A stretch of DNA of 64,000 nt from Pristiophorus japonicus (Eukaryota): the NCBI RefSeq assembly GCF_044704955.1, contig NC_091989.1, positions 116,312,001 through 116,376,000 of the forward strand. The letters run 5' to 3'. Below the pieces are notes generated by a model that worked only from the letters and a program-made list of their open reading frames with translations, was not told the DNA's origin and searched no databases. Below are positions 51,501 through 63,216 of the stretch, piece after piece; position 1 is the stretch's first letter, and every line of letters begins with the position of its first letter. The position numbers were made by a program, and so were the translations under genes.

Positions 51501-53518
51501 ACTTCAGTAAGCTTTCCATGTTTCTCTGGAATATCGCCGCCGCTGATCGAATTCCAAATGGGCATCTGTTATAAATAAAAAGACCTTTGTGCATTTGATG
51601 CAGGTGAGGCCCTGCGATGATTCCTCCAGTTCCTGCGTCATGTAGGCTGAAGTCAGATCCAGCTTCGTGAACGTCTTTCCTCCCGCCAGCGTTGCAAAGA
51701 GGTCGTTGGCCTTTGGTAGTGGGTCCTGGTCCTGCAGGGAGAAACGATTGATAGTTACTTTGTAATCGCCACAGATTCTGACGGTGCTGTAGGACTGGGG
51801 CAATAGGACTGGCCCACTCGTGAAATGATGCCCTCTCTTTGCAGCTGGTCTAGCTCGATCTCTACCCTTTCTCTCATCATGTACGGAACGGCTCTCGCCT
51901 TGTGATGGATGGGTCGCGCCCCCGGAATTAGGTGAATCTGCACTTTTGCTCCTTGGAATTTCCCGATGTCTGGTTCGAACAGCAAAGGAAATTTGTTTAA
52001 GACCTGGGCACACGAAGTGTCGTCAGCGGGCGATAGTGTTCGGACGTCGTCCCAGTTCCAGTGTATCTTTCCCAGCCAGCTCCTGCCAAGCATCGCCCGG
52101 TACCACCCAGAGTGGTAGCTTGTGCACCGCTCCATCATAGGAGACTTTTACAACAGCACTGACGATTACGGGAATCAGTTCTTTTGTGTAAGTTCTTAGT
52201 TTAGTGCGAACTGGAGTTAAGACTGGCCTTGAGGCCTTGTTGCACCACATTCTTTCAAAAGTCTTTTTGCCGATGATGGACTGGTTCGCGCCTGTGTCCA
52301 GCTCCATTGACACCGGGAGTCCATTGAGTTCAACATTCAGCATTATCAGGGGACAATTCGTGGTGAATGTGTGCACCCTATGTACCTCTGCCTCCTCGAT
52401 CTGAGGCTCTGGTTCTTCATGATCCTCCGTGGATCGGTCCTCCTCTGCAACATGGTGGTTTGCAAGTTTAACAGGATTTGCAGCTCGTCTGCACATACGT
52501 TGGAGGTATCACATTGTTCCACAGTCCTTGCAAATGCATCCTTTGAATTGGCATGAATGGAAATGATGATCACCCCCGCAGCGTCAACAAGATGTTAATG
52601 GCCTTGCATTCATCACCCTTGATGGTGGACTCTGAGACATCTGTGGACGTGCAGCTGCAGGCATGTGTGACCTGCACTGTACGTTGCGATTCGAAAACAA
52701 CATCACTTTGTTCACAGTACTTGTAGCAGCACTTGTGTGCTGAGAGATTTGCTTCATATTGTCACCGGTGGCAATGAATGCCTAGGCTATCGCTATGGCC
52801 TTACTCAAGGTTGGGGTCTCTACAGTCAAAAGTTTGCGAAGTATGGTTCCGTGGCTAATGCCAAGTACAAAAAAGTCTCTGAGCATGTGCTCCAAATGTT
52901 CTTCAAATTCGCAATGTCCTGCAAGGCGTCTTAGCTTGGTGACATAACTCGCCACTTCCTGGCCTTCAGACCTTTTGTAGGTGTAGAACCGGTACCTCGC
53001 CATCAGAACGCTTTCCTTCGGATCCAAATGCTCTCGGGCCACTGTGCACAAATCATCGTATGATTTCTCCGTGGGTTTCGCTGGAGTGAGCAGATTCTTC
53101 ATGAGACCATACGTTGGTGCCCCACAGACGGTGAGGAGGATCGCCCTTCATTTGGCAGCATTCTCTTCCTCATCTCGCTCGTTGGCCATGAAGTATTGGT
53201 CGAGTCACTCCACAAAGGTTTCCCAATCATCTCCCTCCGAGAATTTCTCCAGGATGCCCACTGTTCTCTGCATCTTTGGGTTTGTTTTCTGTATCTCGTC
53301 GCCAGTTGTTATGTATGGAGAAAGAGTCAAGCCGAACACTGTGAGCTCAAAGTAAAGTGTGACCGTAGTCTTTTATTGCAGGTCTCCAGAGTGCCTCTCC
53401 AACCTGTAAGAACTCCTTAAATACCTGTGCTCCCATGGGATTGTGGGATCCCTTGAAACTCCAGGGGATGAGCCCTTTGGTGGCTGTACAGAGTAAATAC
53501 AAGTTTACATATATAACA
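48526..53518 (-). mobile_element. Gypsy (Mag-like, type-A LTRs) element D in TMPPE intron 1; LTRs 53307-53518 (5') and 48526-48708 (3')
   Basis: Perfect 5-bp TSD cataa (48521-25 and 53519-23), PBS tggcgacgag, and decayed gag-pol; it carries the RPS11 retrocopy inside its integrase. Confidence 0.95.
49648..50182 (-). pseudogene. RPS11: Processed (retro)copy of 40S ribosomal protein S11 (uS17); open 158-codon CDS at 49699-50175
   Basis: Intronless [21 protein letters not shown]...[36 protein letters not shown], a short 3' UTR, AATAAA at 49667-49672 and an A9 tract at 49648-49656. Conserved Arg residues are changed (LPCYY, GECW, VHF). Confidence 0.95.
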
Positions 53519-53523
53519 CATAA

Positions 53524-55722
53524 TATTTTGTATCTGTCTTGACAGTAGAAGATGCAAAAGCATATCTAAAATGGTGGAGAACCAAGGGTCTAATGAGGAT
53601 GAGGAACTTAATGTATTTCATATAAGTAGAGAAAAAGTACTGGTGAAACTAATAGGACTAAAAGCCAACAAATCCCCTGGACCTGATGGCCTATAACTAT
53701 TTTGTAAAAAACAAATAATCAAGTGCCCCCTGATTAAAGTGGGGGGGCGGGGGGAGCACACTCCAAAATCTTTTCAAGTGCCTCCCTTTTTTTGGTTTTC
53801 TATTTTTTTTTGAGGGCCTAAAGCACCGATTATACAAGTCTCCCTGGCTAAAAGGGGCGGTGGAGGGGGTGGCACTAAAACCGACAACTTAAACAAATTA
53901 AACTTTAGACGTTAAAATCAAATTAAAATTGCCGGGGGTGATGATGCACTCCTGTCCCTCCGGCGCCCATCTCTCGTGGAAAGCCGCAAGTGTACCGGTG
54001 GACACCGCGTGTTCCATCTCCAGGGACACCCTGGCTCGGATGTGACCGCAGAAGAGAGGCAGACAGTCGGGCTGAACGACCCCCTCGACCGCCCGCTGCC
54101 TGGGTCTGATGGCCCCTTGGCCATGCCCAGGAGCAGTCCTACGAGGAGGCCTTCCCCTGATGGCCTACATCCTAGGGTTCTAAAAGAGGTGGCTGCAGAG
54201 ATAGTGGATGCATTGGTTTTGATCTTTCAAAGTTCCCTAGATTCTAGAACAATCCCAGTGGATTGGAAGGTAGCAAATGTAACACCGCTATTCAAGAAAG
54301 GAGGGAGAGAAAAAACAGGGAACTACAGGCCAGTTAGCCTGACATCAGTCGTTGGGAAAATGCTGGAATCCATTGTTAAGGAAGTGGTATCTGGGAACTT
54401 AGAAAATCATAACATGATTAGGCAGAGTAAACATGGTTTTATAAAAAGGAAATAGTGTTTGATAAATTTATTAAAGTTTTTTGAGGATGTAACTGGTAGA
54501 GTAGATAAAGGGGAACAAAATGTAGTATATTTGGATTTCCAAAAGGCATTTAATAAGGTGTCAAATAAAAGGTTATTATACAAGATAAGGGCTCATGGGA
54601 TTGGAGGTAATGTATTAGCATGGATAGAGGATTGATTAAGGGACAGAAAACAGAGTAGGGATAAACGGGTCTTTTTCAGGTTGGCAGGCTGTAACTAGTG
54701 GGGTGCCGCTAGGATCAGTGCTGGGGCCTCAGCTATTTACAATCTATATTAATGATCTAGATAAAGGAACCGAGTGTAATGTATCCAAGTTTGCTGATGA
54801 TACAAAGCTAGGTGGGACAGTAAGCTGTGAGGAGAACACAAAATGTCTGCAAAGGGAAATAGATAGACTAAGTGAGTGGGCAGTAAGGTGGCAGATGGAG
54901 TATAATTTAGGGAAATGTGAGGTTATTCACTTTGGTAGGAAGAATAGAAAAACAGAATATTTTTTAAATGGTGAGAAACTTTTAAATGTTGTGTTCAGAG
55001 AGATTTGGGTGTCCTTGTGCAAGAAACACAGAAAGCGAGCATGCAGGTACAGCAAACAATAAAGAAAGCAAATGGCATGTTGTTCTTTTATTGCAAGGGG
55101 GTTGGAGTATAAGAGTAAGGAAGTCTTGCTACAATTGTACAGGGCCTTGCTGAGACCACACCTGGAATACAATGCACAGTTTTGGTCTCCTTATCTAAGA
55201 AAGGATATACTTGCCTTGGAGGCGGTGCAGTGGGGGTTCACTAGATTGATTCCTGGGATGAGAGGGCTGTCTTATGATAAGAGATTGAATAGAATGGGCC
55301 TTTACTCTCTGGAGTTTAGAAGAATGAGAGGGGATCTTATTGAAACATACAAGATTCTGAAGGGGATTGACAGGGTAGATGCTGAGAGGTTGTTTCCCCT
55401 GGCTGGAGTGTCTAGAACTAGGGGGCACAGTCTCAGGATAAAGGGTAGGCCATTTATTACAGAGATGATGAGGAATTTCTTCACTCAGAGGGTTTTAAAT
55501 CTTTGGAATTCTCTGCCCCAGAGGGCTGTGGACACTGAGTCTCTCAATATATTCAAGGCTGAGATGGATAGATTTTTGGGGTCTAGGAGAATCAAAAGAT
55601 ACAGAAATCGGGCAGGAAAGTAGAGTTGAGGTCAATGATCAGCCATGATCTTATTAAATGGCGGAGCAAGCTTAAGAGGCTGTATGGCCTACTCCTGCTC
55701 CTATTTCTTATGTTTTTATGTC
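53524..55722 (+). mobile_element. 5'-truncated CR1 LINE interrupted by a Tx1/L1-like fragment
   Basis: KSPGPDGL|HPRVLKEV split at the insertion, RT fragments, and the 3' UTR. Confidence 0.9.
53694..54155 (-). mobile_element. Tx1/L1-clade LINE 3' fragment with 12-bp TSD
   Basis: cctgatggccta at 53682-53693 and 54156-54167; minus-strand LLVGLLLGMAK..IRARVSLEMEHAVSTGTLAAFHERWAP resembles a Tx1 ORF2 C-terminus. Confidence 0.72.
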
Positions 55723-56454
55723 TCTTGACCACTACTTCAAGTCCACCTGGCTGTGGGATGTTGGTCCAGTTACAATTTAAGGCTGCACTCTCTATATGTA
55801 ATCCTAGATGGGAAGTAGGCCATTCAACACAGTTGGTGGGGGGGGTGGGTACAAGAAACTAAATAATCCCTGTCCACACCTGTCATCCACACACCTGCAT
55901 TTTTGTGATGTTTTTGCCTTCCTCCATTGTTACGGTGCACTGCAGCCAATTGTAGTGCTTCTACAGTTGCCCTTGTTGAGATCAATTACTCAACTAACTC
56001 AGCACAGATCAGGGATCAAACCTGGGACCATCCTGGCCTGTATGACTCAGTTCTACTCTGATTTAGAATAGAGGGCAAGAGAAACTTCTTAGCACAGAGT
56101 TGTGAGGCTATGGAATTCACTTCTCGGGTTAGTTGTTGAGGTAGAAACCCATGTCAACATTCAATATCAGAGTGGATAGGTGAATGAAGGGATATGGGAA
56201 CAGAGTGAGTAAATGTGATTGGGATTATTTTCTCATGGGGAGGTGGGTAAATGCCACCATGGACTGGTTGGGCTGAATGGCCTGTTTCATTGTTGTACTT
56301 TCCATATCTAACTGGGAAGTCAAGTAAAGTGAAAATAATGAAGGTGTTATCCAGTTCTCTTGACACATTTTGCAGTAAATAGAGTATTATTTAGATTGTC
56401 AATTTTACGCTTGTGATAAAGCAAACATTATCTAAATAATTTCATGATTTTCAG

Positions 56455-56565
56455 ATATCATTGTGATTGTTGGTGACCTCACAGACTCTCAGGTGGTCAA
56501 CCTCCAAACAGCCATAGAGCCACTAAGAGAGCTGACGCCAAAATTGGGGACATACTTTGTTACAG
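56455..56565 (+). CDS. TMPPE: TMPPE coding exon 2: (D)IIVIVGDLTDSQVVNLQTAIEPLRELTPKLGTYFVT(G)
   Basis: Acceptor atgattttcag, donor gtaaaa, 111 nt, phase 1-1. It supplies motif II (GDxxD) and ends just before the expected GNHE. Confidence 0.92.
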
Positions 56566-58599
56566 GTAAAAGTTCTCTTTATTTAATAAGTGACAGCCAT
56601 GTAACCACATATGTGTAAACTTGATAAAGGCGAATCCTTGGTAATGTACGAATTAAGCATATGGATCATTATTTTCAATGTCATAGTACGCAAGATGAAA
56701 ACTTGCAAAATCAGTTAGTCCTGGACAGCAGAACATTCCCTGAACCTGCCAGCAGTCTAAGGGTTAATCATACTCAAATCCCTACTCACCAATCAGTGAG
56801 TAATTTGTAAAACATTTTTCCATACAGGTGTGTTGTAACTATATAAAAACTCGAAGCATACGGTATGGATTCTACAATGTAAATCAAATAGCTAATGTTA
56901 ATTACTACTAAGGAAGAATGATTACCAGTAAAAGGTGTTTGGCACTGGGAGGAAACTTTCATCCAGAAAAATAAAGCTGATGAAAACCCTACAGGCCTCT
57001 ATGTTTCCACTGTTAGGGTAGCCATGGTTTAGCACTTTGCTGTTTGATTACTGCAACAACTGCGGCGAATGTGTCAAGTGACCCGGAAGTCAACATGCAA
57101 GCTTACAAATGCAATTTTGGGCTCTGTCTAGTTAACATTGACCTGCGTGAATTTGGAATTGCTTGCTACACTTGATGACCATCTAAACGAACCTATTTTC
57201 ATGCAGCTAGCCCCAGGGGCCAGTGACCCGAAAAATGTTTGTCTTCCACTTAGAATCTTTCCTGACTGTTCCAAAATAAATAGAAGCTTATGGAATTAAC
57301 ATTCACAATAGCCTGTCTTTCGGAGTGTGTAATGTGCTCTTGGATGTCAGGCATCATGCCTGTTTCAGCTTTTGAGTTTTCTTCAACCTGTAGGATAGTA
57401 TATAATATAACAAGTTAACAGTTTGATATGGGTAAGTGAGTATCATGGGTTAACTAGTATAGGGGGCTATAGTGAATGTGTAGACGGGGTTGGGAGGGGG
57501 CGAGAGAGAGAGAATGAATCAATCTGAAAGCCATAGATATATCTGTGCCAAAACAAACCACTTGAGCAAGGGTTAAATGCAGCTGTGTAGATGTAGGGAA
57601 ATAAAGCGCTCACAAGGATCAAAAAAGACACTGCTTTTCATCTTACTATTTTACTAATAAATTCACAAAAAACTTAAACTCCACTTGGATATGTCAGGTA
57701 AATATGAGTATTGGATGATGCCTGTTACTCATTTTTTAAATTCACTAATCAGTGAGTAATTCGCCATATCTAGATTCCCAATGAGCCACATGTGGCTAAT
57801 GTATTGGGCAACACTGCACTAGGTGGCTGTTCCGTCCTAGAACTCCAATTGCAGTAATTAACTTTTAGGCTGGATATATGCTGCAAGCTTTGAAAACTCC
57901 TGGAGGGGGTATCACAACTCCGGGCTTTAGTACTGGTGGCAGAGTCTGGCACTTACTGCCACTTTTGCAATGATGTCCACCCAAAGCCACTTTGCATCTA
58001 TGTAAGAAAGGCACTATAGCTGCAACTTTAAGCAATCCTATCAATTTCGCAAATAGCCGTTCAACCTACTGGAGATCTCTTTACTGTGGGCTCCTAATAT
58101 TAAAGGATTGCACACAAAGAGCTGGGAGATTAGTTCTGTATTTTGTCAAATTGACATACAAGTTCCTATAAGCTTTACTTTTAAAATAAAGGGCAGCACT
58201 TTATTGTAAATCTACCTGGAAACACCAGAAGGACCTTGCTGATTAAGTTGAATGAAAATGCTTCATTTTTCAATTGAAATCATTACCGGCCTTTCTTTTC
58301 TGAGTCATTTATTCCTACAATTATATTTTCCTTTTCATTTGAAAAGTATTTAGTTGTTGAATGATACCACTGACAGATCGAGATTGTTATGCAATGACCT
58401 GAAACTGACCAATATGCAGTTAGCTCTGCCTCTCATTTATACTTCCCTTCATTTTTGGGTTATTGAGAGATAGTGAGACGATGCACAAATTAGTAGGGTT
58501 TGACATTTTGTCTGTATCCATGTTTGCTGTGCATTTCTTGTTAATCGTATAAATCCCCACAGTTCCTTGTAGTGAGTGATGTTTAGTATTTAACCATGT

Positions 58600-59700
58600 G
58601 AATCTCCATAGCACCGAGCATATACTAAATGTATGAATCACTGTAACACTGGGTATATAACCAAATGAGGGAATCCCCATAAAACTGGGTGTATACTAAA
58701 CATGGGATCCCCTTAACACTGGGTGTAAACTAAATAAAGCGATCCTCTTAACATTGGGTGTATACTAAACAAGTGAATCCCCTTAACACTGGATGGATAC
58801 TAAACGTGGGGATCTCCATAACACGGTGTGTACTAAACTGGGGATCACTGTAACAATTGGTGTATACTAAACGAGTGAATCCTCTTAACACTAGATGTAT
58901 ACTTAACACTGGGTGTATACTAAACAACAACAACTTGTATTTATATAGTGCCTTTAACGTAGTAAAAGGTGCCACGGCGCATCACAGGAGCGTTATAAGA
59001 CAAAACAAATAAATTTGACACCGAGCCACATAAGAACAAATTACGGCAGATGACGAAAAACTTGGTCAAAGAGGTAGGTTTTAAGGAGCGTCTTAAAGGA
59101 GGAAAGAGAAGCAGAAAAGTTTTGGGAGGGAGTTCCAGAGCTTCGGGTCCAGGCAGCTGACGCATGGCCACCAATGGTTCAGCAGCTATAATCGGGGATG
59201 CTCAAGAGGGCAGAATTTGAGGAGCACAGACATCTCAGAGGTTGGGGAAGGGGGTGGGTGAGGCTGAAGAAGATGGGGAGGGGCGAGGCCATGGAGGGAT
59301 TTGTAAATGGGGATAAGAATTTTGAAATTGAGGCATTACTTAACCGGGAACCAATGTAGATCAACGAGCACAGGGGTAATGGGTGAGTGGGGCTTGGTGC
59401 AAGTTAGGACACGGAAGGAAAAAAACAAGAGTATCCCCGTAACACTGGTAAATGAGTGAATCCCCTTAACACTGGGTGTATACTAAATGAGGGAATCCCC
59501 TTAACACTTGGTGTATACTAAACATGGGGTTCTCCGTAACACTGCTTGTATACTAAACGTAGGGATCTTGGTAACACTGCGTGTATACTAAACTGGGGAT
59601 CACTGTAACACTGGGTGTATAATATGAATCCCTGTGAATTTGGGAATACCATGTATGTGCTGAATATGCAAATCCTTATAGCACTGTGTTTATACTGAAC
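58600..59700. repeat. ~33-bp minisatellite (taacactgggtgtatactaaac..ggatcccct) interrupted by an L2 3' fragment
   Basis: Degenerate units at ~58600-58924 and ~59430-59700. Confidence 0.8.
58925..59415 (-). mobile_element. L2 LINE 3' fragment
   Basis: caacaacaacttgtatttatatagtgcctttaac tail; the reverse complement resembles the L2 3' part at 34700-35085 and 39044-39171. Confidence 0.8.
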
Positions 59701-59910
59701 TTTAATTCCACAGATCTCTGTAGCATTGGATTTATATGCTTAGTGTACCTGTCAGACTGGAAGTAGAATCCGAGTAATTATACCCATCAGTCGCTGAATA
59801 TGACAATTTTATCAGTGAAAACCCTTAAATTTATTAAAATTCAAATTCTAAACGTGAAACTTCATAAAATCCACAAGTCAGGAGGGCCTTTATATTATGA
59901 AGACACAATA

Positions 59911-60237
59911 CAGGTACAACATCTCAAATCCAGCTGTCCGAAAATCGAAATTGTCCAAAAACAGATATTTTTGAGAAAATCCCATTTGATAATCAGTAAA
60001 ATAAAATCCGGAATTATTGTCTAAAAACCGACGGGCTGGACTAGTTATCGGCTTCGCTGCTATATTTTAAATGGCGCATGATCGGTCCAAGCCTTGCCAA
60101 ATGATCCTCGACTAGTCCCGACCCGACTTTGTCTGTCTCAGTGGTATACGTACGCTCTTGATTTTCAAAATCCGTAAAAATCCAAAAATTGGCACTGTCT
60201 CGGTCCCAAGGGTGCCGGACTTGAGACATTGTACCTG
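59911..60237. mobile_element. Tc1/mariner-type (Tigger/pogo-like) MITE
   Basis: Terminal inverted repeats (TIRs) caggtacaacatctcaaatcc and caggtacaatgtctcaagtcc (18/21), with TA on both flanks. Confidence 0.8.
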
Positions 60238-60252
60238 TATTATAGAATCAGA

Positions 60253-61889
60253 GGGCCCAAGTTTCGGCCTCAGTTGCTCCTGATTTTTTGGAGCAACTGG
60301 TGTAGAACGGAGTATCTTAGAAATTCAAATTCTCGGCATTTAGTTTGCTCCAGTTCTAGTCAGTTGGAACAGTTTCACTTTGGAACAGAATCTTTTTTTC
60401 AAAAGGGGGCGTGTCCGGCCACTTACGCCTGTTTTCAAAGTTTCGGCAGTGAAAACTTACTCCAAACCAGCTTAGAATGGTGTAAGTGAAGATTTTTGTA
60501 CGCTCGAAAAAACCTTGTCTACACTTTAGAAAATCAGGCGTAGGTTACAAATCAGGCGTAGAGATTGGGGAGGGGGGTGATTTAAAGGGAAGTTTACAAA
60601 CATTAAACACTTCAGTTTTACAAATAAAGAGCCATCATCAATAATAAATGATAAAAACATCAATAAATCAACCAATAAATCAATCAAAAAAAATTAATAA
60701 GAAATATTTTTTTTAAAAAATCAATAAATAAAACATTTTCTACTTACCGATTGCAGCACCGGGAGCCCTCCAACAGCGTGCTGGGATGCCCCCCCCCCCC
60801 ACAGTGTGTCTCTGTCAGTGTCTCTATCTCTCTGTCTGTCTGTCTGTCTGTGTCTCTCACTCTCTGTCTGTCAGTGTCTGTGTTTCTGACAGTGAGGGGA
60901 GAGGGAGGAGGGGGGTAGAGGGAGAGAGGGGGGGCATGGGGAGAGGAGGGGGGGAGAAGGGGGAATGGGGGAGAGAAGAGGGGGGAGAAGGGGAAGGGGG
61001 GAAGGGGGCGGAGGAGGAGAAGGGGAAGGGGGGAGGAGGAGAAGGGGAAGGGGGGGAGGAGAAGAAGGGAGGGGAAGGGGGGAAAGGAGAAGGGGGGGGG
61101 AGACTGAATGGGCAGGGCCCGTCCCCAGCACCAGATTTACAGGTAGGTGGCGTTGGGTCGGGTCGGGTCCGGGGGGGGGGGGGGTGGGGGGTGGCGGTCG
61201 GGAGCACGGGTCGGGTCGGTGGGGGGAGGAGGGAGGGAGGTTCGTGTCGGGGGCGGGGGGAGGGAGGTCAGGTTGGGTCGGGTCCGGGTGGGGGGGTGGG
61301 TGGGTCGGGAGCACGGGTCAGGTCGGGGGGGTGTTGGGAGGGAGGTCGGTTCGGTTCGGTTCGGGGTCGGGGGTGGGGGGGTGGGGGAGGAGCGTGGGTC
61401 GGATCCAGTCCGGAGTGTCGGATCAGGTCCGGTCCGGGGGTCAGGGGGAAGCGGGAGTTGGGTCGGTGTCGCGGTCGGGTCCGGTCCGGGGGCGGGGGTG
61501 GTGGGGGTACGGGGGAGCGGGAGTCGAGTCGGGTCGGGAGGAAGCAGGAGCTGGGTGTGGGAGGAGCCTTATTCACGCAGCCCCAGTGAGGCCATTCGGC
61601 CAGGGCTAAGGGCTGCGTGCTTTGGGCCCCTCCCACACAGTTTTGGGCGCCTGGAGCTACTGCACATGCGCGCCCACTGTAGCGCGCATGTGCAGAGCTG
61701 GGCGCGCATGTGCAGAGGTCCCGGCACTGTTTTCAGCGCAGGGACCTAGCTCCGCCCCCTACAGCTCGTGCTGCACCGCGCCAAGGGCCAGAGGACCAGC
61801 AGGGAGCCGGAGAATCTGGAAGTTTTTTTTAGGCGCACTTTGTGGCGCGAAAAATGGGCGTCCAGGTCCGCGGCCCGAAACTTGGGCCC
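60253..61889. mobile_element. Non-autonomous DNA transposon, probably PIF/Harbinger-like, with an internal G-rich tract
   Basis: Perfect 15-bp TIR gggcccaagtttcgg, 3-bp flanks aga/ata, inserted in a CR1 tail; no transposase recognisable. Confidence 0.72.
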
Positions 61890-63005
61890 ATACAGTACAG
61901 CACAGAAGGAGACCATTCAGCGCATTGCATCTGTGCCGGCTCTTTTGAAGAGCAATCCAGTTAGTCCCACTCCCCCGTTCTTTCCCCATGTAATATTTAT
62001 CCAATTCCTACTATTGAATCTGTATCCATCCCCTATCAGGCATTGCCTTCCAAATCCTAACCACTCGTTGCAGAAAAAAGTTTTTCCTCATGTCGCCTCT
62101 GGTTTTTTTGGCAATCACCTTAAATATGTGCCCTCTGGTTATCGACCCTTCAGCCATTGGAAACAGCTTCTCTTTTTATTTACTCTATCTAAACCCTTTA
62201 TGATTTTAAACACCTCTATCAAATCTCCACTTGGTCTTCTCTGCTCTAAGGAGAACAACCCCACCTTCTTGTATTCACTGGAGTTCAGAAGAATGAGAGG
62301 GGACCTCATAGAAACATATAAAATTCTGACGGGGTTAGACAGGTTAGATGCAGGAAGAATGTTCCCAATGTTGGGGAAGTCCAGAACCAGAGGTCACAGT
62401 CTAAGAATAAGGGGTAAGCCATTTAGGACCGAGATGCGGAGGAACTTCTTCACCCAGAGAGTGGTGAACCTGTGGAATTCTCTACCACAGAAAGTTGTTG
62501 AGGCCAATTCACTAAATATATTCAAAAAGGAGTTAGATGAGGTCCTTACTACTAGGGGGATCAAGGGGTATGGCGAGAAAGCAGGAATGGGGTACTGAAG
62601 TTGAATGTTCAGCCATGAACTCATTGAATGGCGGTGCAGGCTAGAAGGGCCGAATGGCCTACTCCTGCACCTATTTTCTATGTTTCTATGTTTCTATGTT
62701 TCTCCAGTCTATTCACGTAACTGTAATCCCTCATCCCTGGAACCATTCTGTTCCTTCTCCAAAGCCTTCACATCCTTCCTAATGTGTGGTGCCCAGAATT
62801 GGACATAATACTCCAGCTAGGGCCGAACTAGAGTTTAATAAAGGTTTAGCATAACCTCCAGGCTTTTGTATTCTATGCCTCTATTTATAAAGCCCAGAAT
62901 CCCATATGCTTTATTAACTGCTTTGTTAACCTGTCCTGCCTCCTTCAAAGATTTGTGCACAAACACCCACAGGTTTCTCTGTTCTTGCACCCCGTTTAAA
63001 ATTGT
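61890..63005 (-). mobile_element. Old CR1 3' part with a plus-strand CR1 3' fragment (62268-62698) inserted
   Basis: Minus-strand CR1 C-terminal sequence; the insert reads LYSLEFRRMRGDLIETYK and ends in (tttctatg)n. Confidence 0.8.
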
Positions 63006-63216
63006 CAGTGTATTTTTCTTCCACGTAACTCCTCATCCTATATTGCTGTATGTTAATGGTGTCCCATTGCTTTGGACTGTTGTAGACCTCCATTTGACTT
63101 CGATGGAAGGTTTCCCTTTCTTACCATCAGAATGATCAGTGGCGGTCTGTATAAGGGGCGATCGACCCATGATACCCGTGTTACACCTGCAAGTTGGAAA
63201 ATCTACCCAAGTAATT

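Noticed and set aside
58600-59700. CRISPR-like periodicity of ~33 bp
   Set aside because: The units are contiguous and degenerate with no unique spacers, there are no cas genes, and the context is eukaryotic.
60786-61749. Long Gly/Pro/Arg-rich ORFs
   Set aside because: They result from a G-rich low-complexity tract that lacks stop codons.
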